NCBI GenBank assembly: GCA_964518475.1
Contig: CAZFGR010000010.1
Location: 1 to 62,278 of the forward strand
Reading direction: 5' to 3'
Length of the DNA: 62,278 nucleotides
Source: an uncultured Nitrososphaerota archaeon
GTDB lineage: Archaea > Asgardarchaeota > Njordarchaeia > Njordarchaeales > Njordarchaeaceae
In this document: positions 20,026-28,276 of the stretch, in pieces
How the letters are laid out: each line of letters starts with the position of its first letter
Position numbering within the stretch: the first letter of the stretch is position 1
The notes under the pieces: generated by a model
What the model saw: the letters and a program-made list of their open reading frames with translations, nothing else
Databases searched by the model: none
What the model was told of the DNA's origin: nothing
Program-made: the position numbers and the translations under genes

Positions 20026-21086
20026 AAGAAATCCTCCAAATTTATTTTTTCTGCCTTAGTGGTGATTTCCTTCGCCATTTTAATAAATGCTCTAGCCAAC
20101 ATTGGTTTACAATCGAAACCACAAAGAAGATCACCATTTTTGCATAATTGTGCATATTCTTCTGCTTCTTTCTCTGAATTAAATACAAATACTTTCAACC
20201 ATTCAAAAACCATACATCCGCTGGGATTCCCTCCTTTAAGTCTTTGTTCTTCTATAGTTGGTTGCCCCCCTGTTACCGCTTTCATGATTTTTCTCCATAT
20301 TTCCTCCTCGCTATCATTGACAAAAATTGCTGTATCGGGTACGCTACTACTCATAGGTTGTCCATTTAACCCTAAAAGAAATCGAATATATAGGGAAGCG
20401 GGTTTCTTTATCTTCATTCTTTCCGCAACATCCCGTGCTAATCGCATATAGACATCTTGATCTAATCCTATGGGCACTATTACGCGTTCTCCCGTATCCA
20501 GTGTTGGTTGTAGAATATGGGCTATCTGCACCGCTGCATAGAAGGGTATTCCAGGATTACTGCTATCATCTACCCCGAGCGCATTTTTTACTGTGCTTAA
20601 TGTTAATTTTCGCGCAATTTCTAACGCATATTTATATACCCATCTTTGTTTTGAGGAAATATATACCTTCGTCCTATTTTTATCAAATCCTAATGCTAGG
20701 ATTACCCTCGCATTATCTAAAGCCCAAAATTCTGCATCTTTTAAAGACTTTATTTTGCCAAAAACTAGTTTCTCATCATCGGATAAAGGAATATAAACGT
20801 TTGCACCAAATGCGTCCTGCAGGAACTTTACCACTCTAAAAACCAGTAAATGCCCAAAATGAATAGGTCCTGACGGCCCTCGTCCACTCACTATTGAGAA
20901 CTTGTTACCTTCTAAATATTCATTGAGTAACAGGTCAAAATCTCTGTGCGCGATTATTATCTTAAAGTCTATTAGTTTACTCTTTGGCAATCTATTTACT
21001 AGCTCTTCTATAGGTCTTATATGAAATTCCTCGAACATTCGTTTTAGATCAGCTGTCGATTTCTGTAAAGTTTCATGCTTTTTCAC
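20013..21086 (-). CDS. trpS: Tryptophan--tRNA ligase
   Basis: SGRGPSGPIHFGH, SDDEK, VPIGLDQD, MSSS, AVTGGQ...QRLKGGNP. Confidence 0.93.
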   Translation of the reverse strand: MKKHETLQKSTADLKRMFEEFHIRPIEELVNRLPKSKLIDFKIIIAHRDFDLLLNEYLEGNKFSIVSGRGPSGPIHFGHLLVFRVVKFLQDAFGANVYIPLSDDEKLVFGKIKSLKDAEFWALDNARVILALGFDKNRTKVYISSKQRWVYKYALEIARKLTLSTVKNALGVDDSSNPGIPFYAAVQIAHILQPTLDTGERVIVPIGLDQDVYMRLARDVAERMKIKKPASLYIRFLLGLNGQPMSSSVPDTAIFVNDSEEEIWRKIMKAVTGGQPTIEEQRLKGGNPSGCMVFEWLKVFVFNSEKEAEEYAQLCKNGDLLCGFDCKPMLARAFIKMAKEITTKAEKINLEDFLWEA

Positions 21087-21092
21087 TATTTA

Positions 21093-21860
21093 TCACCGTC
21101 CGAATCTTCTCTCTCTTTGCTGAAAATCGCGAATTGCTTTGAGGAGATCTTCCATTGTAATCTCGGGCCAAAACTTGTTGATAAAATATAGCTCTGAATA
21201 TGCTAGGTACCATAGCAGAAAGTTACTTATTCTTTGTTCCCCAGAAGTCCTAATAACTAAGTCGGGGTCTGGAACATCGGGGAGGTACAGAAATTGTCTA
21301 AAAAACTTCTCATCGACTCTCAGAGACTCGGAAACATTTATTGTTAATAATTTATTTACAGCGTCTAATATCTCAGCTCTACCCGAGTATGCCATCAGAA
21401 ATATTAAGTGATAGTTCTCATATTCTCGAGTCACTCTCTCTAAATCTTCTAGAATTTCTAGTAGATCCTTAGGAAGTAGATTTAAACGCCCTACAATTCT
21501 TACTCTAACTTGATCTGTGTGTATTTCCTTGTTATTAATGAGCTCTTTAGCATATTTTTTCATCAGAGTAAATAAGATGTTAAGTTCGTCTGGTGATCTA
21601 TTTTGTAAATTCTCCAACGAAAGAGAATAAAAGGTGAGATACCTTATTCCTAACTCTCTGCACCATCTAGCGAATTCTTTTGCCTTTTGCAGCCCTTCCT
21701 CATAAGCATTTGCTAAGGAAATTCCTTTTTTTCTCGCATATCTTCTATTCCCGTCAGGAATCACCGCTAGATGTTTGGGAATTCTGCCTTTCAACACAAT
21801 ATCTTTAAGCAAAGTAAGCTGAGAAGTAACCCCATCATTAGCCACACTTTGAGCCTCCAA
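21093..21860 (-). CDS. uppS: cis-prenyltransferase (polyprenyl diphosphate synthase)
   Basis: PKHLAVIPDGNRRYA, SLENLQNR, PDLVIRTSGEQRISNFLLW, RRFG. Confidence 0.96.
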   Translation of the reverse strand: MEAQSVANDGVTSQLTLLKDIVLKGRIPKHLAVIPDGNRRYARKKGISLANAYEEGLQKAKEFARWCRELGIRYLTFYSLSLENLQNRSPDELNILFTLMKKYAKELINNKEIHTDQVRVRIVGRLNLLPKDLLEILEDLERVTREYENYHLIFLMAYSGRAEILDAVNKLLTINVSESLRVDEKFFRQFLYLPDVPDPDLVIRTSGEQRISNFLLWYLAYSELYFINKFWPEITMEDLLKAIRDFQQRERRFGR

Positions 21861-22153
21861 TCAAATTGTTCATTCAGTAATACTTTATTAATTACTGTAT
21901 ATTACTTCCTCCGGTGTTATCATAGTAGCTTATATTCATGGTACTCCAAAAATCATTACTATAGTGTCCGAATATTTCTCATTGACGCATTTATTAATAC
22001 ACGATCTCATTAATAACGCTTACTATAAAGCAAAATTGTTACGCATTAACTTATGTCGATTAGAACGTTTATCCCTCTAATCTATGATATAACGGATCCG
22101 AACTTCTTTCAAGAGAGTTAGGAACTCATAGGAGAAGCAGTTAGAAAGAAGAC

Positions 22154-22228
22154 TGGTGCGCCGGGCGGGATTCGAACCCGCGCCACCGGCTTGGAAGGCC
22201 GGCATCCTTCCAACTAGACTACCGGCGC
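22154..22228 (-). tRNA. tRNA-Gly(TCC), CCA encoded
   Basis: Cloverleaf GCGCCGG...CCGGC CTTCCAA GCCGG...TTCGAATCCCGC CCGGCGC A CCA. Confidence 0.97.
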
Positions 22229-22369
22229 ATGAATTCTCAGCAATACTCTATAATGCTATACCCTTCACTATATGTAAATTTTTAAGATTTTCCCAAGGCA
22301 CCATCTAGAAACCTCTAAGCTGGGCGTCATTTCTTGAAACTAGATACTATCGGAAAAGAAACAGAAGAT

Positions 22370-22478
22370 TGGTGGGCCCGGGCGGATTCGAACCGCCGAC
22401 CTCCCGGTCTTCAGCTTCGCCGGAACCGCTCCAGACATGGTTCCTCGGGCGCGCTCCCAGAGACTGCGCTACGGGCCC
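22370..22478 (-). tRNA. tRNA-Phe(GAA) with 30-nt intron (22416-22445) at non-canonical position 30/31
   Basis: Removing AGGAACC...GGCGAA restores the anticodon arm CCCGG CTGAAGA CCGGG; BHB-like junction; CCA encoded. Confidence 0.93.
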
Positions 22479-22569
22479 AGTTCCAATCTATCTTTTTACT
22501 ACACTGTTTAATTTTTAAGTATTTCTCGTCTGGTTTATGTGATATCATTAGGAATAACTCTTTCCTTAA

Positions 22570-23040
22570 ATGGTGAGTAGTGTGGAGGAGAGATCAAGAC
22601 CTTCCATATATTGGGAGCGTATAGTGTTCCGCTTTAAAAACTTCGGAGATCTTAGAGGAAGCATTAGAATTACGCAGACCTCTCCTAGTAGTAAATTTCT
22701 TCATGCTGTACTTCCTTATAGCTCTGAAGCAATAGTATTGGATGGCAAAGAAATATTAATCAAGCTTGATCCCACGTTAAAGACACGAATCGGACGACGC
22801 GACCATCAAGCTGAAATTGGAGACATTATTTATCGCCCCCAGATACCAGCTGTTAGTATCTTCGCTGATTCTGCTGAGATATATGAACCAGTAGAGCGTA
22901 TAGGAATTATTGAACGCTACGACTTTCCATTGCTGAAAGAAATCGTTTCAAAGGCAAACTCTGTATTGTTTGTTGTAATAGATAAAGCTAAAGGTCCCGG
23001 AGAGGAGAAACGTGCGGAAAAGACTAAAGAGAGTAGGTGA
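22570..23040 (+). CDS. Cyclophilin-like fold protein (DUF369-like)
   Basis: AEIGDIIYRPQIPAVSIF and PVERIGII resemble the GDIAYWPP motif region. Confidence 0.55.
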   Translation: MVSSVEERSRPSIYWERIVFRFKNFGDLRGSIRITQTSPSSKFLHAVLPYSSEAIVLDGKEILIKLDPTLKTRIGRRDHQAEIGDIIYRPQIPAVSIFADSAEIYEPVERIGIIERYDFPLLKEIVSKANSVLFVVIDKAKGPGEEKRAEKTKESR

Positions 23041-23374
23041 AATACTCCACCCATCTCCTATAGCACCAAACATAATTATAGCTAAAGTAACAGAGTATTT
23101 AGAGCCTGGAACAATTGTTTATGATGAAAATCTCGAAAAAATCGGTGTGATTATAGAAATATTTGGTTCTGTAAACGCCCCATATGCGAGAATAAAGGTA
23201 GAGGATGGAAAGAATGATAGGAAGAAGTTCATGAATAAGCAATTATTTATTATTACTGGAGAAAAAGCAAGAGTGTCTTGGAGGAAAATGCCTGGTTATC
23301 GCTCATCTAAAAAGAAACGCCCAAAAAAACCACGAGGAGAGGCTAATGTGCAAGAGTCTGGAAGAAATAAATAA
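23012..23374 (+). CDS. gar1: H/ACA RNP component Gar1/Naf1
   Basis: LKRVGEILH, VYDENLEKIGVIIEIFGSVNAPYARIK. Confidence 0.9.
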   Translation: MRKRLKRVGEILHPSPIAPNIIIAKVTEYLEPGTIVYDENLEKIGVIIEIFGSVNAPYARIKVEDGKNDRKKFMNKQLFIITGEKARVSWRKMPGYRSSKKKRPKKPRGEANVQESGRNK

Positions 23375-23963
23375 TATTTTCGCACCAAAGGTTGTTGTAA
23401 CGACTTCTAGGAGAAAAAGTCCCCTTACCAACACGTTTATAAAAGCATTATCAACTGTTCTTGGATCTCCGATTATTCGCAGAGGAGCTAGTAACTTAGA
23501 CGAAATTGCATATATCGTTAAATCTGAAGGATATGAAGGATTCCTAGTAGTTTATACGCGGCTAGGAAACCCCTCTGTCATAACTCTCTACAAACTTACG
23601 GAAGAAGGTTACTTTTCGTTGTTTGGCCGAATTTTTCTATTGGGAGTGCATATAAATAGAAGATTTACTGGATTCTTTAATGGAGTAAAAATAGAAATGG
23701 ATTGCGAAAGTGCTGGATGCGAAAACGTTTATGATTTCCTTATTGAGTATTTTCGAGACTGGCAAATTAATCCCCTTAAATCCCCAGAAATTGTTCCCAG
23801 TATCTGGATCGTGAAAGACCTTCACGTTTACCGTCAGAAATGGTTAAAAGAACTGAGAAAAGACGAAAAATTCAAACCAGCAGAAATAGAAGTATGGGAC
23901 AGAAAGAGGAGAACCTTATGCCTGAAAATGAGAATACATCACGTATGGAGGCACGAGCAGTAA
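23346..23963 (+). CDS. Brix-domain ribosome biogenesis protein
   Basis: VTTSRRKSPLTNTF, IRRGASNL, GNPSVI. Confidence 0.88.
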   Translation: MCKSLEEINNIFAPKVVVTTSRRKSPLTNTFIKALSTVLGSPIIRRGASNLDEIAYIVKSEGYEGFLVVYTRLGNPSVITLYKLTEEGYFSLFGRIFLLGVHINRRFTGFFNGVKIEMDCESAGCENVYDFLIEYFRDWQINPLKSPEIVPSIWIVKDLHVYRQKWLKELRKDEKFKPAEIEVWDRKRRTLCLKMRIHHVWRHEQ

Positions 23964-24217
23964 TAGAGATCTCCACGAATTATCACTTCTTAAAAGCTAT
24001 TTTTACAGCTTTAAAACCAGAAACTAAATCCCTACCTACGGAAAGATCCAAAAGTACTATAAGCTTTAATGAGACGGAAAGATTAATAAGAATTGAAATA
24101 ATTACTAGAGACTTAACCTCGTTAAGAGCATCTATCAACTCCTATTTTAGATGGCTTTCCGCCGTTATTAATAGCTTAAAGGTGATAAAAGATGTCCAGC
24201 CAGGAAGAAAAAGTTAA
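23945..24217 (+). CDS. pcc1: KEOPS complex subunit Pcc1
   Basis: ALKPE..SLPTERS, TRDLTSLRASINSYFRW; located between Brix and prefoldin beta. Confidence 0.9.
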   Translation: MEARAVIEISTNYHFLKAIFTALKPETKSLPTERSKSTISFNETERLIRIEIITRDLTSLRASINSYFRWLSAVINSLKVIKDVQPGRKS

Positions 24218-24560
24218 AACACTACAACGTGCTCAGCTTCTTTCGCAACAATTAAGAGTTCTAGAAGATAGATTTCAGCTACTCCAGAGAAGAAAAGATG
24301 AGTTAAGCCACGCGCTTGAGGAATTAAAAAAAGCTGAGGAAAAAGGCGAAAAAGAGGTTTATCAATTTTTAGGAGCGAACATTCTGATAAAAAAAGAATT
24401 AGAGACCGTTAAGAGCGAGATCGAAGAGGAATTATCCACAATTGATAGCCAATTAAATCTCATAAAAAGACAAATAGATGTAGGTAGAAAAGAACTTGAG
24501 AAACTATTAAAACAACTTGGCTATACACAAACAAGTGGAGAAGCCACTGGAGGATACTAG
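24192..24560 (+). CDS. pfdB: Prefoldin beta subunit
   Basis: Coiled coils flanking EVYQFLGANILIK hairpin; superoperon context. Confidence 0.88.
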   Translation: MSSQEEKVKTLQRAQLLSQQLRVLEDRFQLLQRRKDELSHALEELKKAEEKGEKEVYQFLGANILIKKELETVKSEIEEELSTIDSQLNLIKRQIDVGRKELEKLLKQLGYTQTSGEATGGY

Positions 24561-24570
24561 GGTTCCTACT

Positions 24571-24894
24571 ATGGCTACTTATTCCTATAAAAAAGTATTC
24601 GCATTTTATCCAAATTTTAATACTAAAGAGGAAGCTATTTCCGAGATTTTAGAGAACTGTGAAGAAGAAACTAGAAACTATGTTTTGGAGTTATGCTCTG
24701 ATAAACTTCTGCTCTTTAACATAGAGAGCGAAGTCCTCTTACAACAACAAGTAATAGAAGTCATCTTAGAGCTACACGTAATAGTTAGTCCATTAACTCC
24801 TCTAGTAACGCAGGAGAAAAACATCGCCGACGTCGCAGCCGAAAGGTTTTTTGGATGTTTCGAAAAGAGGTTAAGAGCTCATGGTAAACGATAA
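24571..24894 (+). CDS. DUF3194-like protein
   Basis: C-terminal VSPL...IADVAAERFF..FEKRLR; follows pfdB. Confidence 0.55.
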   Translation: MATYSYKKVFAFYPNFNTKEEAISEILENCEEETRNYVLELCSDKLLLFNIESEVLLQQQVIEVILELHVIVSPLTPLVTQEKNIADVAAERFFGCFEKRLRAHGKR

Positions 24895-25915
24895 AACTTC
24901 CGCTGAAGTAGAGGACCCTCAACAGTTTTTAGACTTATTATTGAAATCTAAGAAAATTCTCATTTTACCTCATGAACAAACAGATATAGATGCTTACGCT
25001 GCGGCTTGGTTATTACGGGATTTTCTTAGGAAAAAAGGAATAGAGGCTTATCTCTTTCTTGAAAGACCTTCTTTAGAATTAAGATATTTTGTAGAAAGCC
25101 TTAATTTAGAGGAACCTAAAAGCGATGTAGTTGGAACGATCAATGTCGGTAAAAATCATGACTACGACGTGCTTTTAGTTGATATATTTGATCCCAATCG
25201 TTTCATTTCCAATAATGCGAGAGATGTAATAAAGAGAGCCCAGAGAATTTTCGCGATAGACCATCATCAGGGACTCCTTCCAACAGATCTAGATATTATC
25301 GTTTACCGAAAACAATACCCATCCACTTGCGAAGTCGTATTAGAACTTTTGAACACGGATCCTACTCTTGATGAAATATTGGCTAATAGCGAAAAACTAG
25401 CTAATGCGCTCATAGGGGGTATACTATCCGATAGTAGGTTTCTTTACAATGCTATACCGCTGACATTTAGTATTTTATCAAAACTAGCCGAGAGGGGAAA
25501 TTTTAAGCTCGTATATGCTGTTTTAAGAGGAAGACCCCAAGACTATCCAGAAAGAATAGCAAGACTGAAGGCTGCACAACGTATGCAAATTATGAGATTA
25601 GGAGACTTGCTAATTGCAATAAGTAAAGTTGGCTCTTACGAATCTTCGGCTGCTAATGCATTAATATCCCTAGGTGCTGACATAGCTCTCGTAATTTCAA
25701 AGAAGAAAGATAACGAAATAACTCGCATAGTTGGTCGGGGGAGGAAAAAGATTGATTTAGCCATGATTTTTTCCAAAATAGCTAAGGAACTTGGAGCAAT
25801 GGGTGGCGGTCACCAGAACGCAGCTACTCTTCAATTCCCAACATCAAAAATAGAGGAAGAAAAAGTACTAAAGCGAATCATTACAGAGCTTATTAAAAGC
25901 TATTTGCGCGATTGA
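24881..25915 (+). CDS. DHH family phosphoesterase (DHH + DHHA1)
   Basis: HEQTDIDA, IDHH, GILSDS, GGGHQNAA. Confidence 0.92.
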   Translation: MVNDKTSAEVEDPQQFLDLLLKSKKILILPHEQTDIDAYAAAWLLRDFLRKKGIEAYLFLERPSLELRYFVESLNLEEPKSDVVGTINVGKNHDYDVLLVDIFDPNRFISNNARDVIKRAQRIFAIDHHQGLLPTDLDIIVYRKQYPSTCEVVLELLNTDPTLDEILANSEKLANALIGGILSDSRFLYNAIPLTFSILSKLAERGNFKLVYAVLRGRPQDYPERIARLKAAQRMQIMRLGDLLIAISKVGSYESSAANALISLGADIALVISKKKDNEITRIVGRGRKKIDLAMIFSKIAKELGAMGGGHQNAATLQFPTSKIEEEKVLKRIITELIKSYLRD

Positions 25916-27132
25916 CTCTTCTCAAAGAATTCTCGTATCCTAGCTATGCCCTCGTATAACTTATCGGTTGATTCAACAACTGGTGCAAAAGATAATCTTA
26001 GCCAGCCATCGAATCCGTTAAAATCTACACCGGGAGCTAGAGCTACCTGATATTCTTTTATTAAGTCCATCCACACCTTTTTAGAATCTGGATTGTACTT
26101 GGATACATCAAAGAAGACGTAAAATCCGCCCTCTGGATCTAGCACATAGATATTCTCAATTTCTTTTAGAAGACTAACTGTTTTCTCTGCAACATTCCTA
26201 TATTTAACTCTTCCAGCCTCATAGAAATCAGCTAATCTTCTAAGCGCTTCATTATCGTTGAAAAGACTTGTCAAAATTACTTGAATTGGACTGCTGGGAG
26301 CTAATGTTCTCGCTTGTTCAATAGTCTCGATAGCCCTTACTAAATCTGGTGGAACAATTAAATATGAGGCCCTCCATCCAGGAGTTCTTAACTCTTTACT
26401 GAGAGAGCATATGAATATCTCGTATTCTCCCAGCGTTTTCGATAAATATCGTGGTTTTTCTTTAAAAATGAAAGCCCTATAAGCTAAGTCAATCGCTACA
26501 TACACCTTTTTATCCTCAGCAATATCGTATAACGCAGATATCATCTCATCACTCCATACTTGACCATCAGGGTTTCCAGGGGATGTGAGCAAAATTAGTT
26601 TCGTACGACTCGTTATCATGTTTTGTAGTTCATCTAAGTCTGGTTCAAAACGCCCATTTCTTATAATTTTCCAGAATTTTGGTCTCGCCGTTTTACCTAG
26701 CTCTAATTCAAGTTGCCTTATATAGTTTAGATATCCTGGAGAGGTAAAGATAACCTCATCTCCTGGATTTAAAAGTGATAAGAAAATTGCTCCCGTCTGT
26801 TCAGTACTTCCTAATCCGAAAACTACGTTTTCAGCATTAATTTTTCGTCCCCAGATCCTTTCTTCGTAATTAACTACAGCCTCACGAATGTCTGGATAAC
26901 CTAGTGTCGGCGAATATTGGGCTGCTCGGATCCATGAATCTTTTTCAGCTAATACTTCTAGAGCCTTCTCTTTGAGAACTTCTGGTGGTGGATCTTGCGG
27001 CCATCCTCCCGCTAGGTATATCAGAGGTCGAAGAAATTTCTCTGGATGCTTCCTAAATTCAGCAACAAGATTCATAATCTCCCTTATAGAAGAAGGATGG
27101 TCAATCATCCATTTTGCTAGGTCACTAATCAT
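25900..27132 (-). CDS. PLP-dependent aminotransferase class I/II
   Basis: SPGNPDG, DLAY, SLSKELRTPGWR, PEGGFYVF, LRLSF. Confidence 0.93.
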   Translation of the reverse strand: MISDLAKWMIDHPSSIREIMNLVAEFRKHPEKFLRPLIYLAGGWPQDPPPEVLKEKALEVLAEKDSWIRAAQYSPTLGYPDIREAVVNYEERIWGRKINAENVVFGLGSTEQTGAIFLSLLNPGDEVIFTSPGYLNYIRQLELELGKTARPKFWKIIRNGRFEPDLDELQNMITSRTKLILLTSPGNPDGQVWSDEMISALYDIAEDKKVYVAIDLAYRAFIFKEKPRYLSKTLGEYEIFICSLSKELRTPGWRASYLIVPPDLVRAIETIEQARTLAPSSPIQVILTSLFNDNEALRRLADFYEAGRVKYRNVAEKTVSLLKEIENIYVLDPEGGFYVFFDVSKYNPDSKKVWMDLIKEYQVALAPGVDFNGFDGWLRLSFAPVVESTDKLYEGIARIREFFEKSQSRK

Positions 27133-27144
27133 TTAATACCCTCC

Positions 27145-28080
27145 CTATGGCAAAATCTGATTCACAAACCATTCAGGATTAAAAGGTAATAAATCTTCAT
27201 ACTTTTGTCCCACCCCTATATACAGAACTGGTGCTCGTGTAATGTAAGCAACTGTGATAGCTGCTCCCCCCTTTACATCCGCATCTACTTTCGTCAAAAT
27301 GTTTCCATCAATTCCTACATATTCGTGGAACTCCTTTGCTTGTATAGCGAGATCATTACCAGCTAAGGCATCAGCTATGAAAATCTTGATATCAGGTTTA
27401 GATACTCTAGCTATCTTCCGCATTTCCTCCATTAGATTTAGATCTGTACCTAACCGTCCAGCAGTATCTATAAGCACAGCGTCCTTCCTCTTTGCTTTTG
27501 CATGAGAAATGGCGTCAAACGCAACTGATGCAGGATCCGCCCCATAGGTTCTTTTAATCATAGTTACTCCTAACTTTGTGGCATGTTCTTCAAGTTGCTC
27601 AATAGCCCCTGCCCTGAAAGTATCTGCGGCTACAAGTACTGGAGAGAAATTATTTTTCTTAAATAAGTATGCTAGCTTAGCTATTGTAAGTGTTTTTCCC
27701 GATCCGTTGGGTCCTAAGAAGAGAATTACAAACGGTTGCCAATTACCCCCTTCTCGTATTCTTTTTAGATTCTCTTCTCGCCTCTTTTTTATTGCAAAAA
27801 CTAGGTCGATTCGTTCTTGGGGAGACAGGATCTGCAAAATTTTTTCCCTTAATATACTCTTTACAAATGCTCTGATATCTGAGAATCTCCGAATTTTCTT
27901 CCCAACGATCTCTTTTTTAAGATTTGATACAATATCTCTAGCAACGCTTGCTGCTACATCATTTGCGATTAATGCGAGTTCCAATTCTCTTAGTATTTTT
28001 CTTAGCTTTTCTTCAGAAATTTCTTGCTGTGAAAGCTTTTCTACAACGTTATCCAATGCCATTTTTAATCTTTCGAACAT
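27145..28080 (-). CDS. ftsY: SRP receptor FtsY
   Basis: GPNGSGKT, DTFRAGAIEQL, DTAGR, TKVDADVKGG. Confidence 0.97.
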   Translation of the reverse strand: MFERLKMALDNVVEKLSQQEISEEKLRKILRELELALIANDVAASVARDIVSNLKKEIVGKKIRRFSDIRAFVKSILREKILQILSPQERIDLVFAIKKRREENLKRIREGGNWQPFVILFLGPNGSGKTLTIAKLAYLFKKNNFSPVLVAADTFRAGAIEQLEEHATKLGVTMIKRTYGADPASVAFDAISHAKAKRKDAVLIDTAGRLGTDLNLMEEMRKIARVSKPDIKIFIADALAGNDLAIQAKEFHEYVGIDGNILTKVDADVKGGAAITVAYITRAPVLYIGVGQKYEDLLPFNPEWFVNQILP

Positions 28081-28276
28081 ATCGACCCACTCGCACTTAA
28101 AATTTTAATTTTTATACCTCATAGCTTTACTCATTATTAGTAATTATAGCTGTAGGATGAGCTTACTCTGATATATTACACGCTAAAACGTAAGACCATA
28201 AGTTATTTTAAAATGGGAGCATTTCGTATTGCTTATGAAAGAAAGAAAAAATACCTGAAAAAACCGGTGCTAACTC

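Noticed and set aside
22334-22576. 80-aa ORF containing WWARADSNRRPP
   Set aside because: Antisense translation of the tRNA-Phe gene
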